Shown here piece after piece: positions 33,722 to 44,848 of a stretch of DNA of 64,000 nt (position 1 is its first letter; the number at the start of each line of letters is the position of its first letter). The notes below the pieces were generated by a model that worked only from the letters and a program-made list of their open reading frames with translations, was not told where the DNA came from and did no database searches. The position numbers were made by a program, and so were the translations under genes. Source of the DNA: Sheuella sp. (lineage in GTDB: Bacteria; Pseudomonadota; Gammaproteobacteria; Burkholderiales; Burkholderiaceae_B); contig JAUSCY010000015.1 of assembly GCA_030650995.1 (NCBI GenBank), forward strand, positions 3,951 through 67,950. The letters are read 5' to 3'.

Positions 33722-34184
33722 GCTGTCCCTTTCGGTGGATTACGCTGTCAAGGATGAACGTCTGCAACGCTGGCGTATCAGGCGCTGGGTCATGCGTGCG
33801 CTGCAAACGGCCCACGCGGACGGTCTGATCGCATTTGACCGGATGCAGCTTGGCATCAAAATAGTCGGTCTGAATGAAGGCCGTAAACTGAATGCAACGT
33901 ACCGCCAGAAAGATTACGCGACAAACGTACTGACGTTTGAATACGGTGTCATGCCAGATGGCACGGCCTGCGGCGATATTGTGCTTTGCCTGCCTGTATT
34001 GATTAAAGAAGCACGCGAACAAAGTAAATCCGTTCTGGATCACGCCGCGCACCTCACCCTGCACGGAACGCTCCACGCTCTTGGCTACGACCACATCAAG
34101 TCACGCGAAGCCAAACACATGGAAGCACTTGAAACGACCATGCTGGCCGAATTAGGTATTACTGATCCATACGTTTTACCTTAA
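33693..34184 (+). CDS. ybeY: rRNA maturation endoribonuclease YbeY
   Basis: Zinc motif HLTLHGTLHALGYDH. I chose the start at ATG 33693 (MSKPNK), which overlaps the phoH-like gene end by 29 nt. The ORF-track start is 33672. Confidence 0.85.
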   Translation: MSKPNKIIPELSLSVDYAVKDERLQRWRIRRWVMRALQTAHADGLIAFDRMQLGIKIVGLNEGRKLNATYRQKDYATNVLTFEYGVMPDGTACGDIVLCLPVLIKEAREQSKSVLDHAAHLTLHGTLHALGYDHIKSREAKHMEALETTMLAELGITDPYVLP

Positions 34185-34257
34185 CTCTCGAATTTATGAC
34201 AATTCCAATTCTGTCTTTCGGGTTATCCTAGTACTTCCTTAACTCTGTCCCAGGACA

Positions 34258-35154
34258 ATGTCAGATCCTTATCCTGCTGCCGAAGCTCAAAGCACTTCGA
34301 CCAAATCCCCTCGCACACGCCAATCCCTGCTTGATCGTCTGTTATCGCTGGTCCGACACGAACCTGAGGACCGCGAAGGCATCATGGCAGTTCTCGATGC
34401 GGCGCGTGCGCGCAATCTGATCGATGCAGACTCTTTCTCGATGCTCAAGGGCGCGCTTGCGGTCTCAGAGCAGACTGCCGTTGACGTCATGGTGCCACGT
34501 GCACGCATGGACTTGCTCGATGCGAGCGAATCCATTGAGTCATTGATGCCACAGATCATCGAGACGGCGCATTCAAGATTCCCTGTATTCGAAGGCTCTC
34601 GCGACAACGTGATTGGCATCGTGATCACGAAGGATTTGTTGCGCCACATGATGACGCCAACACTCACTCTACGCGATCTGATTCGTCCTGCCGTATTTAT
34701 CCCGGAAACGAAACGTCTGAACGTACTGCTCCAGGAATTCCGTAGGAATCGCAACCATATTGCTATTGTTATAGATGAGCATGGCGGGATTTCGGGCTTA
34801 GTGACGCTCGAAGACGTGCTTGAGCAAATCGTTGGCGCGATTGAAGATGAATACGATGTAGAGGGCGAGAAAACCATCTTTGCTGACGGTCTCAACGCAT
34901 GGCGTGTGCTGGCCACCACCGAAATCGAATTGTTTAACGAAACGCTCAATACCGCCTTGCCTGAGGGTGACTACGATACCGTTGGTGGATGGCTTGCCCA
35001 TGCACTGGGCCATATTCCTCGTCGTGGCGATAAATGCCTGCTGGATGATTTACAAGTCGAAGTCATGCGCGCCGACAGCCGTCGTGCCTTGTGGCTGCGT
35101 GTGCAGCGGCGTACTCAGCCAGTGTCAGGGCCGGTCCATAAAGAAAAGCATTGA
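34258..35154 (+). CDS. corC: CBS-pair/CorC_HlyC domain magnesium/cobalt efflux-associated protein
   Basis: 298 aa with a tandem CBS region (VMVPRARM...IVIDEHGGISGLVTLEDVLEQIVG) and a C-terminal CorC/HlyC transporter-associated domain. It sits at the conserved ybeX position. Confidence 0.85.
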   Translation: MSDPYPAAEAQSTSTKSPRTRQSLLDRLLSLVRHEPEDREGIMAVLDAARARNLIDADSFSMLKGALAVSEQTAVDVMVPRARMDLLDASESIESLMPQIIETAHSRFPVFEGSRDNVIGIVITKDLLRHMMTPTLTLRDLIRPAVFIPETKRLNVLLQEFRRNRNHIAIVIDEHGGISGLVTLEDVLEQIVGAIEDEYDVEGEKTIFADGLNAWRVLATTEIELFNETLNTALPEGDYDTVGGWLAHALGHIPRRGDKCLLDDLQVEVMRADSRRALWLRVQRRTQPVSGPVHKEKH

Positions 35155-36791
35155 ACATGCACTGGCGTCACATCAACTGGAAACGTTGGCAAAAGCCAGT
35201 TGGTTTGTTGATCGCAGGCGCATTACAAGCGCTTAGCTTTGCACCAGACCCCTTGCCCGCCTGGGCACTCAGTCCTCTGCAGCTCATCACGATGGCGGTG
35301 CTGGTACGCAGTATCTGGCGAGCAGAAAATTGCAAACAAGGTGCAATACGCGCCTGGTTATTCGCTTTCGGACAATTCATGCTGGGTCTCTACTGGCTCA
35401 CGATCAGCATGCATACCTATGGTTACATTCCGCTACCACTGGCGGTATTAGCCTTGGCTGCCCTGAGCACTTACTTAGCTCTATTTGCCGGGTGCGCTGG
35501 CTGGATCACACAGAAAATCGGCTGCGCAGCCTGGTCTGAGGGTGAGACATCCTCAACCGGTCCCGTCATGGCAGCGCTTGCCTGGGCTTCATTATGGACG
35601 CTAAGCGAGTGGTTGCGCGCCACGCTTTTTACAGGCTTCCCCTGGCTCAATACAGGCTATGCACATGCCGATAGCTGGTTTGCAAGCTGGGCGTCTGTGT
35701 TTGGTATTTATGGTGTGACCTTTCTCACCGCCTTCTGCGCAGCAGCGATTGCCGGACTTGTCGGAGCTACGCACTTTTCCCCAAAGCTTGAGCCACAGCG
35801 CGCCCTTGCCGGCGTCATCGCCATTACCCTCGCTTTAATCGGCTGGGCGCTGCAAACCATAAGCTGGAGCCAGCCACGCGGTGCGCCCCTCGTCGTCCGT
35901 CTTGTTCAGGGCAATGTGGATCAGGGTCTGAAGTTCGACCCGCGACTTCTTGCTGCGAATATCCAGACGCACTTGCGCCTGGCCGCAACACCCGTGCCCG
36001 CGGGTAGCCATGTGCCTGAAGTGGTGTTGCTACCTGAAACCGCACTTGCTGCATTCCAGCATCAGATAGACCCCGCAGCCTGGTCCGCATGGAAAGAACT
36101 CGCGACACGCCAGGCCAGCACCATCCTGATGGGTGCAGCCATCCTTGATCGCGCAACAAACAACTACACAAACAGCGTGATTGCCATTGATAGTCAGACT
36201 GATCTGAATCAGTTACTGCAAGGCACGACTCCAGCACGCTACGACAAACATCACCTCGTGCCGTTCGGAGAATTTATTCCTTTCGGATTTCACTGGTTTG
36301 TTGAAATCATGCGCATTCCGATGGGCGATTTTTATCGTGGAAAAATTGAACAGCCTGCTTTTGTGGTCAATGACCAGCGCATTGCCGCAAACATTTGCTA
36401 CGAGGATGCCTTTGGTGAAGAATTACTTCCTTCCCTGTCCAGTCAGACTGGCGCGAATATTCTTGCGAATTTCAGTAACCTCGGCTGGTTTGGCGATTCT
36501 TTTGCTTTGCGTCAGCATTGGCAAATGTCACGCATGCGTGCAATCGAAACCTCACGTCCGATGCTGAGGGCCACCAACACAGGTGCAAGTGGTGCGATTG
36601 ACCACACAGGCCAGCGCATTGCAATGCTGCCTGCTCACCGGGCAGCCGTGCTTGACGTCAGCATTCAAGGCCAGACAGGCCTGACACCTTACGCAAGGCT
36701 AGGTAATCTGCCGGTTTTATTGCTTTCTGTTTTGGTTTTGATCGCGGCGTTTTATAGACGTCGCATGGCATTCAGACATCACGCACGATGA
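35151..36791 (+). CDS. lnt: Apolipoprotein N-acyltransferase
   Basis: 546 aa with an N-terminal polytopic region and a C-N hydrolase domain carrying the catalytic Cys context AANICYEDAF. The TTG at 35151 overlaps the corC stop (alternative ATG at 35157). Confidence 0.9.
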   Translation: MNMHWRHINWKRWQKPVGLLIAGALQALSFAPDPLPAWALSPLQLITMAVLVRSIWRAENCKQGAIRAWLFAFGQFMLGLYWLTISMHTYGYIPLPLAVLALAALSTYLALFAGCAGWITQKIGCAAWSEGETSSTGPVMAALAWASLWTLSEWLRATLFTGFPWLNTGYAHADSWFASWASVFGIYGVTFLTAFCAAAIAGLVGATHFSPKLEPQRALAGVIAITLALIGWALQTISWSQPRGAPLVVRLVQGNVDQGLKFDPRLLAANIQTHLRLAATPVPAGSHVPEVVLLPETALAAFQHQIDPAAWSAWKELATRQASTILMGAAILDRATNNYTNSVIAIDSQTDLNQLLQGTTPARYDKHHLVPFGEFIPFGFHWFVEIMRIPMGDFYRGKIEQPAFVVNDQRIAANICYEDAFGEELLPSLSSQTGANILANFSNLGWFGDSFALRQHWQMSRMRAIETSRPMLRATNTGASGAIDHTGQRIAMLPAHRAAVLDVSIQGQTGLTPYARLGNLPVLLLSVLVLIAAFYRRRMAFRHHAR

Positions 36792-37996
36792 CCTCAATAC
36801 GCATCCAGGCAATCGATCATATTGATGAGATTGATCCCGCACGGTGGGATGCACTGGTCGAGGACTGCGGCGGCTCGGTCATGCTCAAACATGCATTTTT
36901 ACGAGCCTTCGAGACCTCTAGCAGTGTTGCTCCTGGCACTGGATGGCAAACCAGCCATCTATTGCTGTGGGAACAAACACCAGCGTCTCCAGACAGGGTC
37001 AATACATCTGCAGACGCATCAAGTTCGGAACGAACAGAACACCTAGTAGCAGCCATCCCGCTCTATGCCAAGCGACACTCTTACGGCGAGTTCGTGTTTG
37101 ACTGGGCCTGGGCCGAGGCTTACGAGCGTCACGGCTTGAAATATTATCCAAAATGGCTTTGCGCAGTACCGTTTACGCCTGTGCCAGGTCCGCGATTATT
37201 AACAACAGCACCCTACCGTCCGCAGGCAGCCAAGGCCCTGCTGCATTGGGCGGAAATGAGCAAGCTTTCCTCGCTGCACGTGCTCTATACCTCTGACGAA
37301 GATACCCAGACATTGCGCAAGGCCGGCTGCATGACGCGCACGCACACCCAGTTTCACTGGTTCAATCAAAACTGGCAAAATTTCGACAGTTTTCTTACTG
37401 ACCTCAATCAATCTAAACGTAAAAAAATACGCGCTGAACGCCGCAAGGTCAAAGACGCAGGGGTAACGACTCAAGTCATTACGGGCGACGCACTGACTCA
37501 GGAGCATTGGGATTTTTTTTACCGCTGTTATGCCAATACTTATCATCTGCGCGGCAACCAGCCCTACCTCACACCTGCGTTCTTTAGCGAAGTCGGTCGC
37601 ACGTTACCCGGACACTGCGTCCTGGCGCTCGCATATCGGGGCACTGAGCCGATCGCAGCGTCTCTGCTATGGCTTGATACCGCCCAAGGCCAAAGGCGTC
37701 TGTACGGGCGCTACTGGGGCACCCTGGAGCACGTGGACTGCCTGCACTTCGAGCTGGCTTATTACACACCTATCGAATGGGCGTTAAATAACCAGATCGA
37801 TGTAATCGAAGGTGGCGCACAAGGTGAGCACAAACTGGCACGTGGATTTATCCCAGTCCAGACTCAATCTGCGCACTGGCTAGCCCACCCGGGTTTTGCA
37901 GATGCAGTTGATCGTTACCTGGAACAGGAGCGTGCGGGCATCAATGCCTACACAGAAAGCCTGCACTCCCCCTTTAAACAAGAAATAGGTGACTAG
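36788..37996 (+). CDS. GNAT/FemAB-like acyltransferase fold protein (DUF482, COG3146-like)
   Basis: 402 aa. The N-terminus (W.AL......MLKH.FL.A.E.S) and C-terminus (GAQGEHKLARGF.P) match my memory of the DUF482 family. It has an ATGA overlap with the lnt stop. Confidence 0.6.
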   Translation: MTSIRIQAIDHIDEIDPARWDALVEDCGGSVMLKHAFLRAFETSSSVAPGTGWQTSHLLLWEQTPASPDRVNTSADASSSERTEHLVAAIPLYAKRHSYGEFVFDWAWAEAYERHGLKYYPKWLCAVPFTPVPGPRLLTTAPYRPQAAKALLHWAEMSKLSSLHVLYTSDEDTQTLRKAGCMTRTHTQFHWFNQNWQNFDSFLTDLNQSKRKKIRAERRKVKDAGVTTQVITGDALTQEHWDFFYRCYANTYHLRGNQPYLTPAFFSEVGRTLPGHCVLALAYRGTEPIAASLLWLDTAQGQRRLYGRYWGTLEHVDCLHFELAYYTPIEWALNNQIDVIEGGAQGEHKLARGFIPVQTQSAHWLAHPGFADAVDRYLEQERAGINAYTESLHSPFKQEIGD

Positions 37997-38023
37997 GACA
38001 AAGTCGAAGATTTACACCTCGAC

Positions 38024-38052
38024 TTGCGCAGATGTTAAAAATTGTGCATAAT
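38024..38052 (+). promoter_or_regulatory. Candidate sigma-70 promoter of the tRNA cluster
   Basis: TTGCGC (38024-38029), a 17-nt spacer, then CATAAT (38047-38052), about 100 nt upstream of tRNA-Ala. This rests on a motif match only. Confidence 0.35.
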
Positions 38053-38150
38053 CTCGCTTCTTCGCTGTCGACACCACTGCGGGCTGTCCCGGGTGCCAAA
38101 ACTGAAGTTAGTACTTAGTAATCGATTACTAAATACTGAATTTCAAATTT

Positions 38151-38226
<76 letters not shown>

Positions 38227-38252
38227 GTCTAAGCGGAGAAATGGTAGTCCAG

Positions 38253-38328
38253 GTCCCCATCGTCTAGAGGCCTAGGACATCACCCTTTCACGGTGAGTAC
38301 AGGGGTTCGAATCCCCTTGGGGACGCCA
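38253..38328 (+). tRNA. tRNA-Glu (anticodon UUC)
   Basis: 76 nt: GTCCCCATCGTCTAGAGGCCTAGGACA....CTTTCACG....GGGGTTCGAATCCCC..GGGGACGCCA, closely matching E. coli tRNA-Glu. Confidence 0.95.
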
Positions 38329-38401
38329 GGTTTTGTAGCACTGATGCTTTGACAAGCGCAGTGTCTGGTTGAAGTTAGTTAGTAAAGAGTTTTACCGCTG
38401 C

Positions 38402-38478
38402 GGAGCGGTAGTTCAGTTGGTTAGAATACCGGCCTGTCACGCCGGGGGTCGCGGGTTCGAGTCCCGTCCGCTCCGCCA
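38402..38478 (+). tRNA. tRNA-Asp (anticodon GUC)
   Basis: 77 nt: GGAGCGGTAGTTCAGTTGGTTAGAATACC.GCCTGTCACG...GGTCGCGGGTTCGAGTCCCGTCCGCTCCGCCA, closely matching E. coli tRNA-Asp. Confidence 0.95.
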
Positions 38479-38492
38479 AGTACTATACAATC

Positions 38493-38517
38493 AAGCGCCT
38501 TTTGGGCGCTTTTTTGT
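38493..38517 (+). terminator. Rho-independent terminator after the tRNA cluster
   Basis: Stem agcgcc/ggcgct with a short T-rich loop, followed by TTTTTTgTT, 15 nt after tRNA-Asp. Confidence 0.75.
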
Positions 38518-38635
38518 TGCCTAATTTTTTATTGCATATTTTATTTGCTGCTCCTCTTACATAATCCACTAAACAAAAATATTCCCCACCACCTACATCC
38601 TTAAAATAAATATCAGCCAGCCTTGCCTAGCTCAG

Positions 38636-38672
38636 AGCACCAAAATAATGCGGATGGCACCACGGTAGTGCA
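38636..38672 (+). promoter_or_regulatory. Two candidate NtrC (enhancer) binding sites
   Basis: 38656-38672 reads GGCACCA-cgg-TAGTGCA against the consensus TGCACCA-N3-TGGTGCA (one mismatch per half-site). 38636-38652 reads AGCACCA-aaa-TAATGCG and is weaker. The sites lie about 65-100 bp upstream of the sigma-54 promoter. Confidence 0.55.
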
Positions 38673-38734
38673 GATATATTTTCTCCCTCTGTAACTAAAA
38701 GGCATTCGCGTTCAACACCTGTCGTCTGCGTGAG

Positions 38735-38750
38735 TGGCACGGTTTTTGCT
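38735..38750 (+). promoter_or_regulatory. Sigma-54 (-24/-12) promoter of the porin-glnK-amtB operon
   Basis: TGGCACGGTTTTTGCT matches TGGCACG-N4-TTGCW with exact GG/GC spacing. It lies about 50 nt upstream of the porin ATG, which has an AAGGA RBS. Confidence 0.8.
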
Positions 38751-38801
38751 TTGGTTTCGTTTACAGACATTCAACGAATTCCAAAGAACCAAGGACCTGT
38801 A

Positions 38802-40009
<1,208 letters not shown>

Positions 40010-40022
40010 GGAAAGGTTAATC

Positions 40023-41507
40023 ATGTTGACTCTAATGAAACGCCTCATTGCAGGTTGCGCAATGGCACTCGCTATCGGTGGCGTAAGCTTATCGATTACT
40101 GCTCCGGCCTATGCAGCCGACGACGCCAAACCAGCCGTTACTGCGCCTGCTGCTGCCTCTGCTACCGCAGAAGCACCTGCTGCAGCGCCTGCGCTGGTTC
40201 CCAACAAGGCAGACACAGTCTGGATGCTCCTGTCCACCGCACTGGTTCTGCTCATGACGCTGCCTGGACTATCGCTGTTTTACGGCGGTCTGACGCGCAG
40301 CAAAAATATCCTTTCGATCATGATGCAGTGTTTAGTGATCTTTTCCTTGATCAGTGTTCTGTGGGCCGTTTATGGTTACAGCCTGGCATTCACGGAGGGC
40401 AGCGCATTCATTGGGAAGTTTGACCGGCTATTTCTGGCTGGCCTCACGCCCGAGTCCGTTGCTGCAACCTTCAGTAAAGGTGTCGTGATCCCTGAGTTTG
40501 TGTTCATGGCTTTCCAGGCAATGTTTGCAACCATCACATGCTGCCTGATCATTGGCGCATTTGCTGAGCGTGCAAAATTTTCAGCAATCTTGTGTTTCAT
40601 GGTGTTGTGGTTCACCTTCAGCTATCTGCCAATCGCACACATGGTCTGGTTCTGGCCTGGTCCAGATGAGATTAAAGACGCTGCCTCGCTGGATGCAATG
40701 ACGGCCAAGGCTGGCTGGTTGTTCCAAAAAGGTGTGCTGGACTTTGCTGGCGGTACCGTTGTGCACATCAACGCAGCTGTAGCAGGTCTGGTTGGCTCCT
40801 TTGTTATCGGTAAGCGTATCGGTTATGGCAAAGAATCCATGAAGCCACACAACATGGTCTTAGTCATGATTGGTGCAGCACTTCTTTGGTTCGGCTGGTT
40901 CGGTTTCAACGCTGGTTCAGCGCTCGAAGCAAACAGTACTGCCGCTCTGGCTTTCATCAATACTTACCTTGCAACAGCAGCTGCGGTTCTGGGCTGGGTC
41001 TTTGCTGAATGGCTGACACGAGGCAAACCCTCCATGCTCGGCGGCGCATCAGGTTGTGTGGCCGGTCTGGTTGCGATCACCCCTGCTGCTGGTTTTGTTG
41101 GCCCAATGGGTGCCATCGCGATCGGTGTATCTGCTGGCGTAGTCTGCCTCTGGGGTGTAACAGGTCTGAAGAAAATGCTCGGCTCCGACGACTCACTTGA
41201 CGTATTTGGCATTCATGGCGTGGGCGGCATACTCGGTGCGATGCTGACAGGCGTGTTTGCAGCGCCTTCTCTGGGTGGTACCGGTGTATTTGACTATGTC
41301 ACAGACAAAGTCACTCCTGATTATTCAATCGTCAGCCAGCTCTGGATCCAGGCGCAGGGTGTGATTGTTACTGTCATCTGGTCAGCAGTCGTGTCCTACA
41401 TTGCTTTCAAACTGGTTGATGTGATTATCGGTCTGCGTGTACCTGAAGATCAGGAACGCGAAGGTCTGGATGTCACTTCACACGGCGAATCAGCTTACGA
41501 AAGTTAA
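40023..41507 (+). CDS. amtB: Ammonium transporter AmtB
   Basis: Signal peptide MLTLMKRLIAGCAMALAIGGVSLSITAPAYA, an Ala/Pro-rich linker, then the Amt core (DFAGGTVVHINAAVAGL, GIHGVGGILG). I chose the ATG at 40023 because the ORF-track extension overlaps glnK. Confidence 0.95.
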   Translation: MLTLMKRLIAGCAMALAIGGVSLSITAPAYAADDAKPAVTAPAAASATAEAPAAAPALVPNKADTVWMLLSTALVLLMTLPGLSLFYGGLTRSKNILSIMMQCLVIFSLISVLWAVYGYSLAFTEGSAFIGKFDRLFLAGLTPESVAATFSKGVVIPEFVFMAFQAMFATITCCLIIGAFAERAKFSAILCFMVLWFTFSYLPIAHMVWFWPGPDEIKDAASLDAMTAKAGWLFQKGVLDFAGGTVVHINAAVAGLVGSFVIGKRIGYGKESMKPHNMVLVMIGAALLWFGWFGFNAGSALEANSTAALAFINTYLATAAAVLGWVFAEWLTRGKPSMLGGASGCVAGLVAITPAAGFVGPMGAIAIGVSAGVVCLWGVTGLKKMLGSDDSLDVFGIHGVGGILGAMLTGVFAAPSLGGTGVFDYVTDKVTPDYSIVSQLWIQAQGVIVTVIWSAVVSYIAFKLVDVIIGLRVPEDQEREGLDVTSHGESAYES

Positions 41508-41551
41508 TCAGGCTCTGGTAAGCGGATCATCCTACGGCCCCGCTTAACTAT

Positions 41552-41591
41552 AAAAAAAATCCCGCTAGAAAATTTCTAGCGGGATTTTTTT
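41552..41591. terminator. Bidirectional rho-independent terminator between convergent amtB and ompW
   Basis: AAAAAAAATCCCGCTAGAAA / TTTCTAGCGGGATTTTTTT: a long perfect stem flanked by an A-run and a T-run. Confidence 0.9.
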
Positions 41592-41649
41592 GACTGAACA
41601 CTTCATCATTTACAAGATGGAGCAATCAGTAACTTTGTATTGCAGTTCC

Positions 41650-42276
41650 TCAGAACCGGTAAGCAACGCCCACACCTACGGTGAGAGGATTCAGGTTAAC
41701 GGTACCTACCTTGTTGCCTGCAATGCTCACGTCAGTTGCCATCTGAATATATTTGAGATCGACGTTCAACCCCCAGTTCTTGTCCAGCATGTAGTCAAAG
41801 CCAACCTGACCGGCTACACCAAGACTGGAATTACTGACTTGAGCAGCGCCATCCAGAATATTGTTGCGTTTATAGAAAATCGTGTAATTCACGCCCAAAC
41901 CGACATAAGGCTTAAAGGCGCCAAAGTCTGTGAAATGGTACTGCAGTAACAATGAAGGAGGCAGTGCAGAAATAGTTCCTGCTTTTACACCACCTACATT
42001 TATATTGATATCCTGTGGATATGTCAGCACGAGTTCGGCCGCAATATTTTTAGTGAAAAAGTAGCTGAAATCAACCTCTGGAATCCAAGTTTTTTGCGCC
42101 TCGACCTTAGTGCTACCGCCTAGCGGCAAGCCGCTGCTCTGACCATTTTCCCAATTGAGATAAACGGCTCTTGCACGCACCATGAAAGAACCTGGCTCGG
42201 CGACCTGCGCCTGAACATTTGCAACTGACAACATACCAACAGCCATCAATGCCGCTGCAACAACTTTCTTACACAT
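41650..42276 (-). CDS. ompW: OmpW-family outer membrane protein
   Basis: Signal peptide MCKKVVAAALMAVGMLSVANVQA, W.PE.D..YFFT.N...EL, and the C-terminal VGVGVAYRF. I chose the start at ATG 42276, which has an AAGGAA RBS. Confidence 0.85.
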   Translation of the reverse strand: MCKKVVAAALMAVGMLSVANVQAQVAEPGSFMVRARAVYLNWENGQSSGLPLGGSTKVEAQKTWIPEVDFSYFFTKNIAAELVLTYPQDININVGGVKAGTISALPPSLLLQYHFTDFGAFKPYVGLGVNYTIFYKRNNILDGAAQVSNSSLGVAGQVGFDYMLDKNWGLNVDLKYIQMATDVSIAGNKVGTVNLNPLTVGVGVAYRF

Positions 42277-42392
42277 GAGGATTCCTTTTTTGTAGTGTGT
42301 AAGAAAATCGTAGAGCTCAACGTGCCGGGACGCCTTGATGTAGCGCAAGTCGCAGGCATTAGATTTTTGAGATAAATCAATCGCGTGAAATA

Positions 42393-43541
42393 TTATTTTT
42401 GTTTTCTAAATCTGATGACGGATGATTGCATGCAAAACAACAAAATCAAGGCGCAAACAGAACAGAAAACATACAGCATTCCAACGCCTGCCAGCCGCAT
42501 CAGCGCACCAGCGACAATCGGTCCAAGGCAAGCGCCCACGCCATACGTCATCAAAAAAATTGCTGTTAATCCAACCCTGCGGTCTGAATCAATACTTTCA
42601 TTAGCCAACCCGGAGGCTAGTCCGTACAGCGTAAACTGAAATACGCCAAAGCCAGCAGCGATTAACAACATGGCCCAGTATGGCCAGGAAACCCAGCCCC
42701 ACATCAGCACGGCCAAAACAGTCAAAACAATTGCATTGATTCGCACAAGTTTTTTGCGGCTGTACTGATCTGCCAGCCATCCCATAGGCCACTGCGATAC
42801 AAGCCCGGCAATAACAGTTGTTGCCGTATAGAGCGCTGCCTCTGTCGTCGTAAAGCCTTGCTTGACCGCAAATACTGCCGCCAAGCCATAAAAGGAGCCA
42901 CAGATATTACCCGCAAGAAAAGCCGTAAATAAGGCTTGTGGAATCAGGCGGCCAAAATATTTAAAATCAAGTGGCGCTGGAACTTGAGCCGCAGGATGCG
43001 TACGCACGGAAAGCAAGATTGGGAATAGACTCAGTGCCTGGCAAATCGCCACAAAAATCAGTGGGCGCACATCAAGTGAGGGATAAAACGTAATGGCCAG
43101 CTGACCCAGCGCAGTACCGGTCCCGGACATCACCAGGTAAACAGAAAAAACGCGGCCGCGTCGATGATTATCCGTCTGCTCGTTCAGCCAGCTTTCAATC
43201 ACGATATATTGCGTCACCAGTGACACGCCAGCTACTACGCGCAATAACAACCAGAACCAGAGTGAGTCGATCAGCATCTGAGCCAGCACCATACAGATCG
43301 AGAGCACCGCAGCGGCGGCAAAGGCCCGGATATGCCCCACCCGGATAATCAATCGGTGCCCTACCCGCGCACCGCACACCAGCCCTAAGTAATAGGCTGA
43401 GATCAGCATACCGATCCAGACCTCGCTGACCGAGTCAGCCGATAGTCTCAAGCCCATGTATGTATTGAACAACCCCGTGCTGACTAAAATCAGTAGCGTC
43501 GTCAGATACAGTGCGGGAAAGGTCGTAATAGTTGAGATCAT
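42393..43541 (-). CDS. MFS transporter (12 TM, unknown substrate)
   Basis: About 382 aa, polytopic, with the MFS loop motif G.RLSADS / GHRLIIRVGHIR. I chose the start at Met16 of the ORF (MISTITTF). Confidence 0.75.
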   Translation of the reverse strand: MISTITTFPALYLTTLLILVSTGLFNTYMGLRLSADSVSEVWIGMLISAYYLGLVCGARVGHRLIIRVGHIRAFAAAAVLSICMVLAQMLIDSLWFWLLLRVVAGVSLVTQYIVIESWLNEQTDNHRRGRVFSVYLVMSGTGTALGQLAITFYPSLDVRPLIFVAICQALSLFPILLSVRTHPAAQVPAPLDFKYFGRLIPQALFTAFLAGNICGSFYGLAAVFAVKQGFTTTEAALYTATTVIAGLVSQWPMGWLADQYSRKKLVRINAIVLTVLAVLMWGWVSWPYWAMLLIAAGFGVFQFTLYGLASGLANESIDSDRRVGLTAIFLMTYGVGACLGPIVAGALMRLAGVGMLYVFCSVCALILLFCMQSSVIRFRKQK

Positions 43542-43643
43542 GATGCGCAAATAAAAAATCCCGCTTACGGCGCGAGTCAGCCGCAAACAGGATCAAATCG
43601 TGTGAGATACGCTCAATGCATTAAGCGTGACACATACAAACGA

Positions 43644-44147
43644 TTAAATAGCTTTGAGCATAGAGGCCGCATCGCTGACTTCGAAAGCTCCTGGGCCTTC
43701 GACGTGCAGCACTTTGACAACGCCGTCTACGATATAAGCAGCATAACGCTGCGAACGAACACCCATACCACGTGCGGTCAGATCAAGCTCAAGGCCAAGT
43801 GCTTTGGTCCATGCGGCTGATCCGTCAGCCATCATCCGGACTTTACCGTTGACTTTCTGATCACGGCCCCAGGCACCCATCACAAAAGCGTCATTGACTG
43901 CGACGCACCATACCTCGTCCACGCCCTTGGCTTTGATCGCATCGCAATGTTCAACATAGCCTGGAACATGCTTGGCTGAGCACGTCGGCGTAAATGCACC
44001 GGGCAATGCAAACATCAGGATCTTTTTACCTTTAACCAGGTCAGCAACTTGAAAAGCATTCGGTCCCAACGCGCAACCAGCTGTTTCTGTTTCGATGAAT
44101 TCGGTCAAGGTGCCATCGGGCACGCGATCGCCGACTTTAATTGTCAT
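43644..44147 (-). CDS. Peroxiredoxin (Prx5/PrxD-type)
   Basis: 167 aa with the peroxidatic Cys context LPGAFTPTCS and Prx5-like length. Confidence 0.85.
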   Translation of the reverse strand: MTIKVGDRVPDGTLTEFIETETAGCALGPNAFQVADLVKGKKILMFALPGAFTPTCSAKHVPGYVEHCDAIKAKGVDEVWCVAVNDAFVMGAWGRDQKVNGKVRMMADGSAAWTKALGLELDLTARGMGVRSQRYAAYIVDGVVKVLHVEGPGAFEVSDAASMLKAI

Positions 44148-44284
44148 GTTTAATCTCCGCGGGTATCACGGGCAACGATGGTTGCCGCACCTGAACCCCA
44201 AGCGCCATCTATCATATGCCAGCCAACCCACAAATAACCCACTTATTTAGTAGGGCTTTATGGGGATAAAAATATTTATCCGGA

Positions 44285-44746
44285 CTATGTCTCGTCTTTC
44301 ACGCGATACACAAGCGTAGAAGTATGCGTCAGTGACAAAACCTTGGTCGTGACACTACCCAGCAAAATTCGTGACAGGCCGCTGCGGCCATGACTGCCGA
44401 TAAAAATCATGTCGCATTGATTTTCCTTAGCTGCCTGCACAATGCCATCCGCAACATTGAAGTTGGATACCGCATGCGAGGTGACCTTAACTCCCGCTGT
44501 TTGCGCGCGATCAACAATCTGTTGCAGATAGACCTTGGCCTGGTCTGCAGTCACTTTGTCGTAGTCTTCATCGCTGATTGCGTAAGCAGCCGCCATGCCG
44601 TCAAAACCGATCGTTGAGGCAAAAGGCTGTGTCACATAAACCGCGACTACTTCAGCGTTATTGGTGCGTGCAAAAGAAATTCCGGCATTCGCTGACTGTG
44701 CTGAAAGAGGTGAACCGTCAGTTGGAATAAGAATTTTGTTGAACAT
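44285..44746 (-). CDS. Universal stress protein (UspA family)
   Basis: 153 aa with ILIPTDGS..S and the ATP-binding-type motif IGSHGRSGLSRILLGSVT. Confidence 0.85.
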   Translation of the reverse strand: MFNKILIPTDGSPLSAQSANAGISFARTNNAEVVAVYVTQPFASTIGFDGMAAAYAISDEDYDKVTADQAKVYLQQIVDRAQTAGVKVTSHAVSNFNVADGIVQAAKENQCDMIFIGSHGRSGLSRILLGSVTTKVLSLTHTSTLVYRVKDET

Positions 44747-44848
44747 GATGTTTGCTCCTTTAAGTACGAGTATGGATTAATACTAATCCGAAATACAAAA
44801 AAATTCTTGAATAGCAATACATGGAAAAGCGTAGGCCCTTAATTCAGA

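Noticed and set aside
38655-38672. A second TGGCAC that could be read as a sigma-54 -24 box
   Set aside because: The downstream GC dinucleotide is 2 nt too far away (TGGCACcacggtagTGCa) for -24/-12 spacing. The sequence fits the NtrC dyad much better.
38479-38801. Possible genomic-island insertion next to the tRNA-Ala/Glu/Asp cluster
   Set aside because: There is no integrase, no repeat of a tRNA 3-prime end and no foreign gene. The AT-rich spacer is explained by the tRNA terminator plus the NtrC/sigma-54 control region of the glnK operon.
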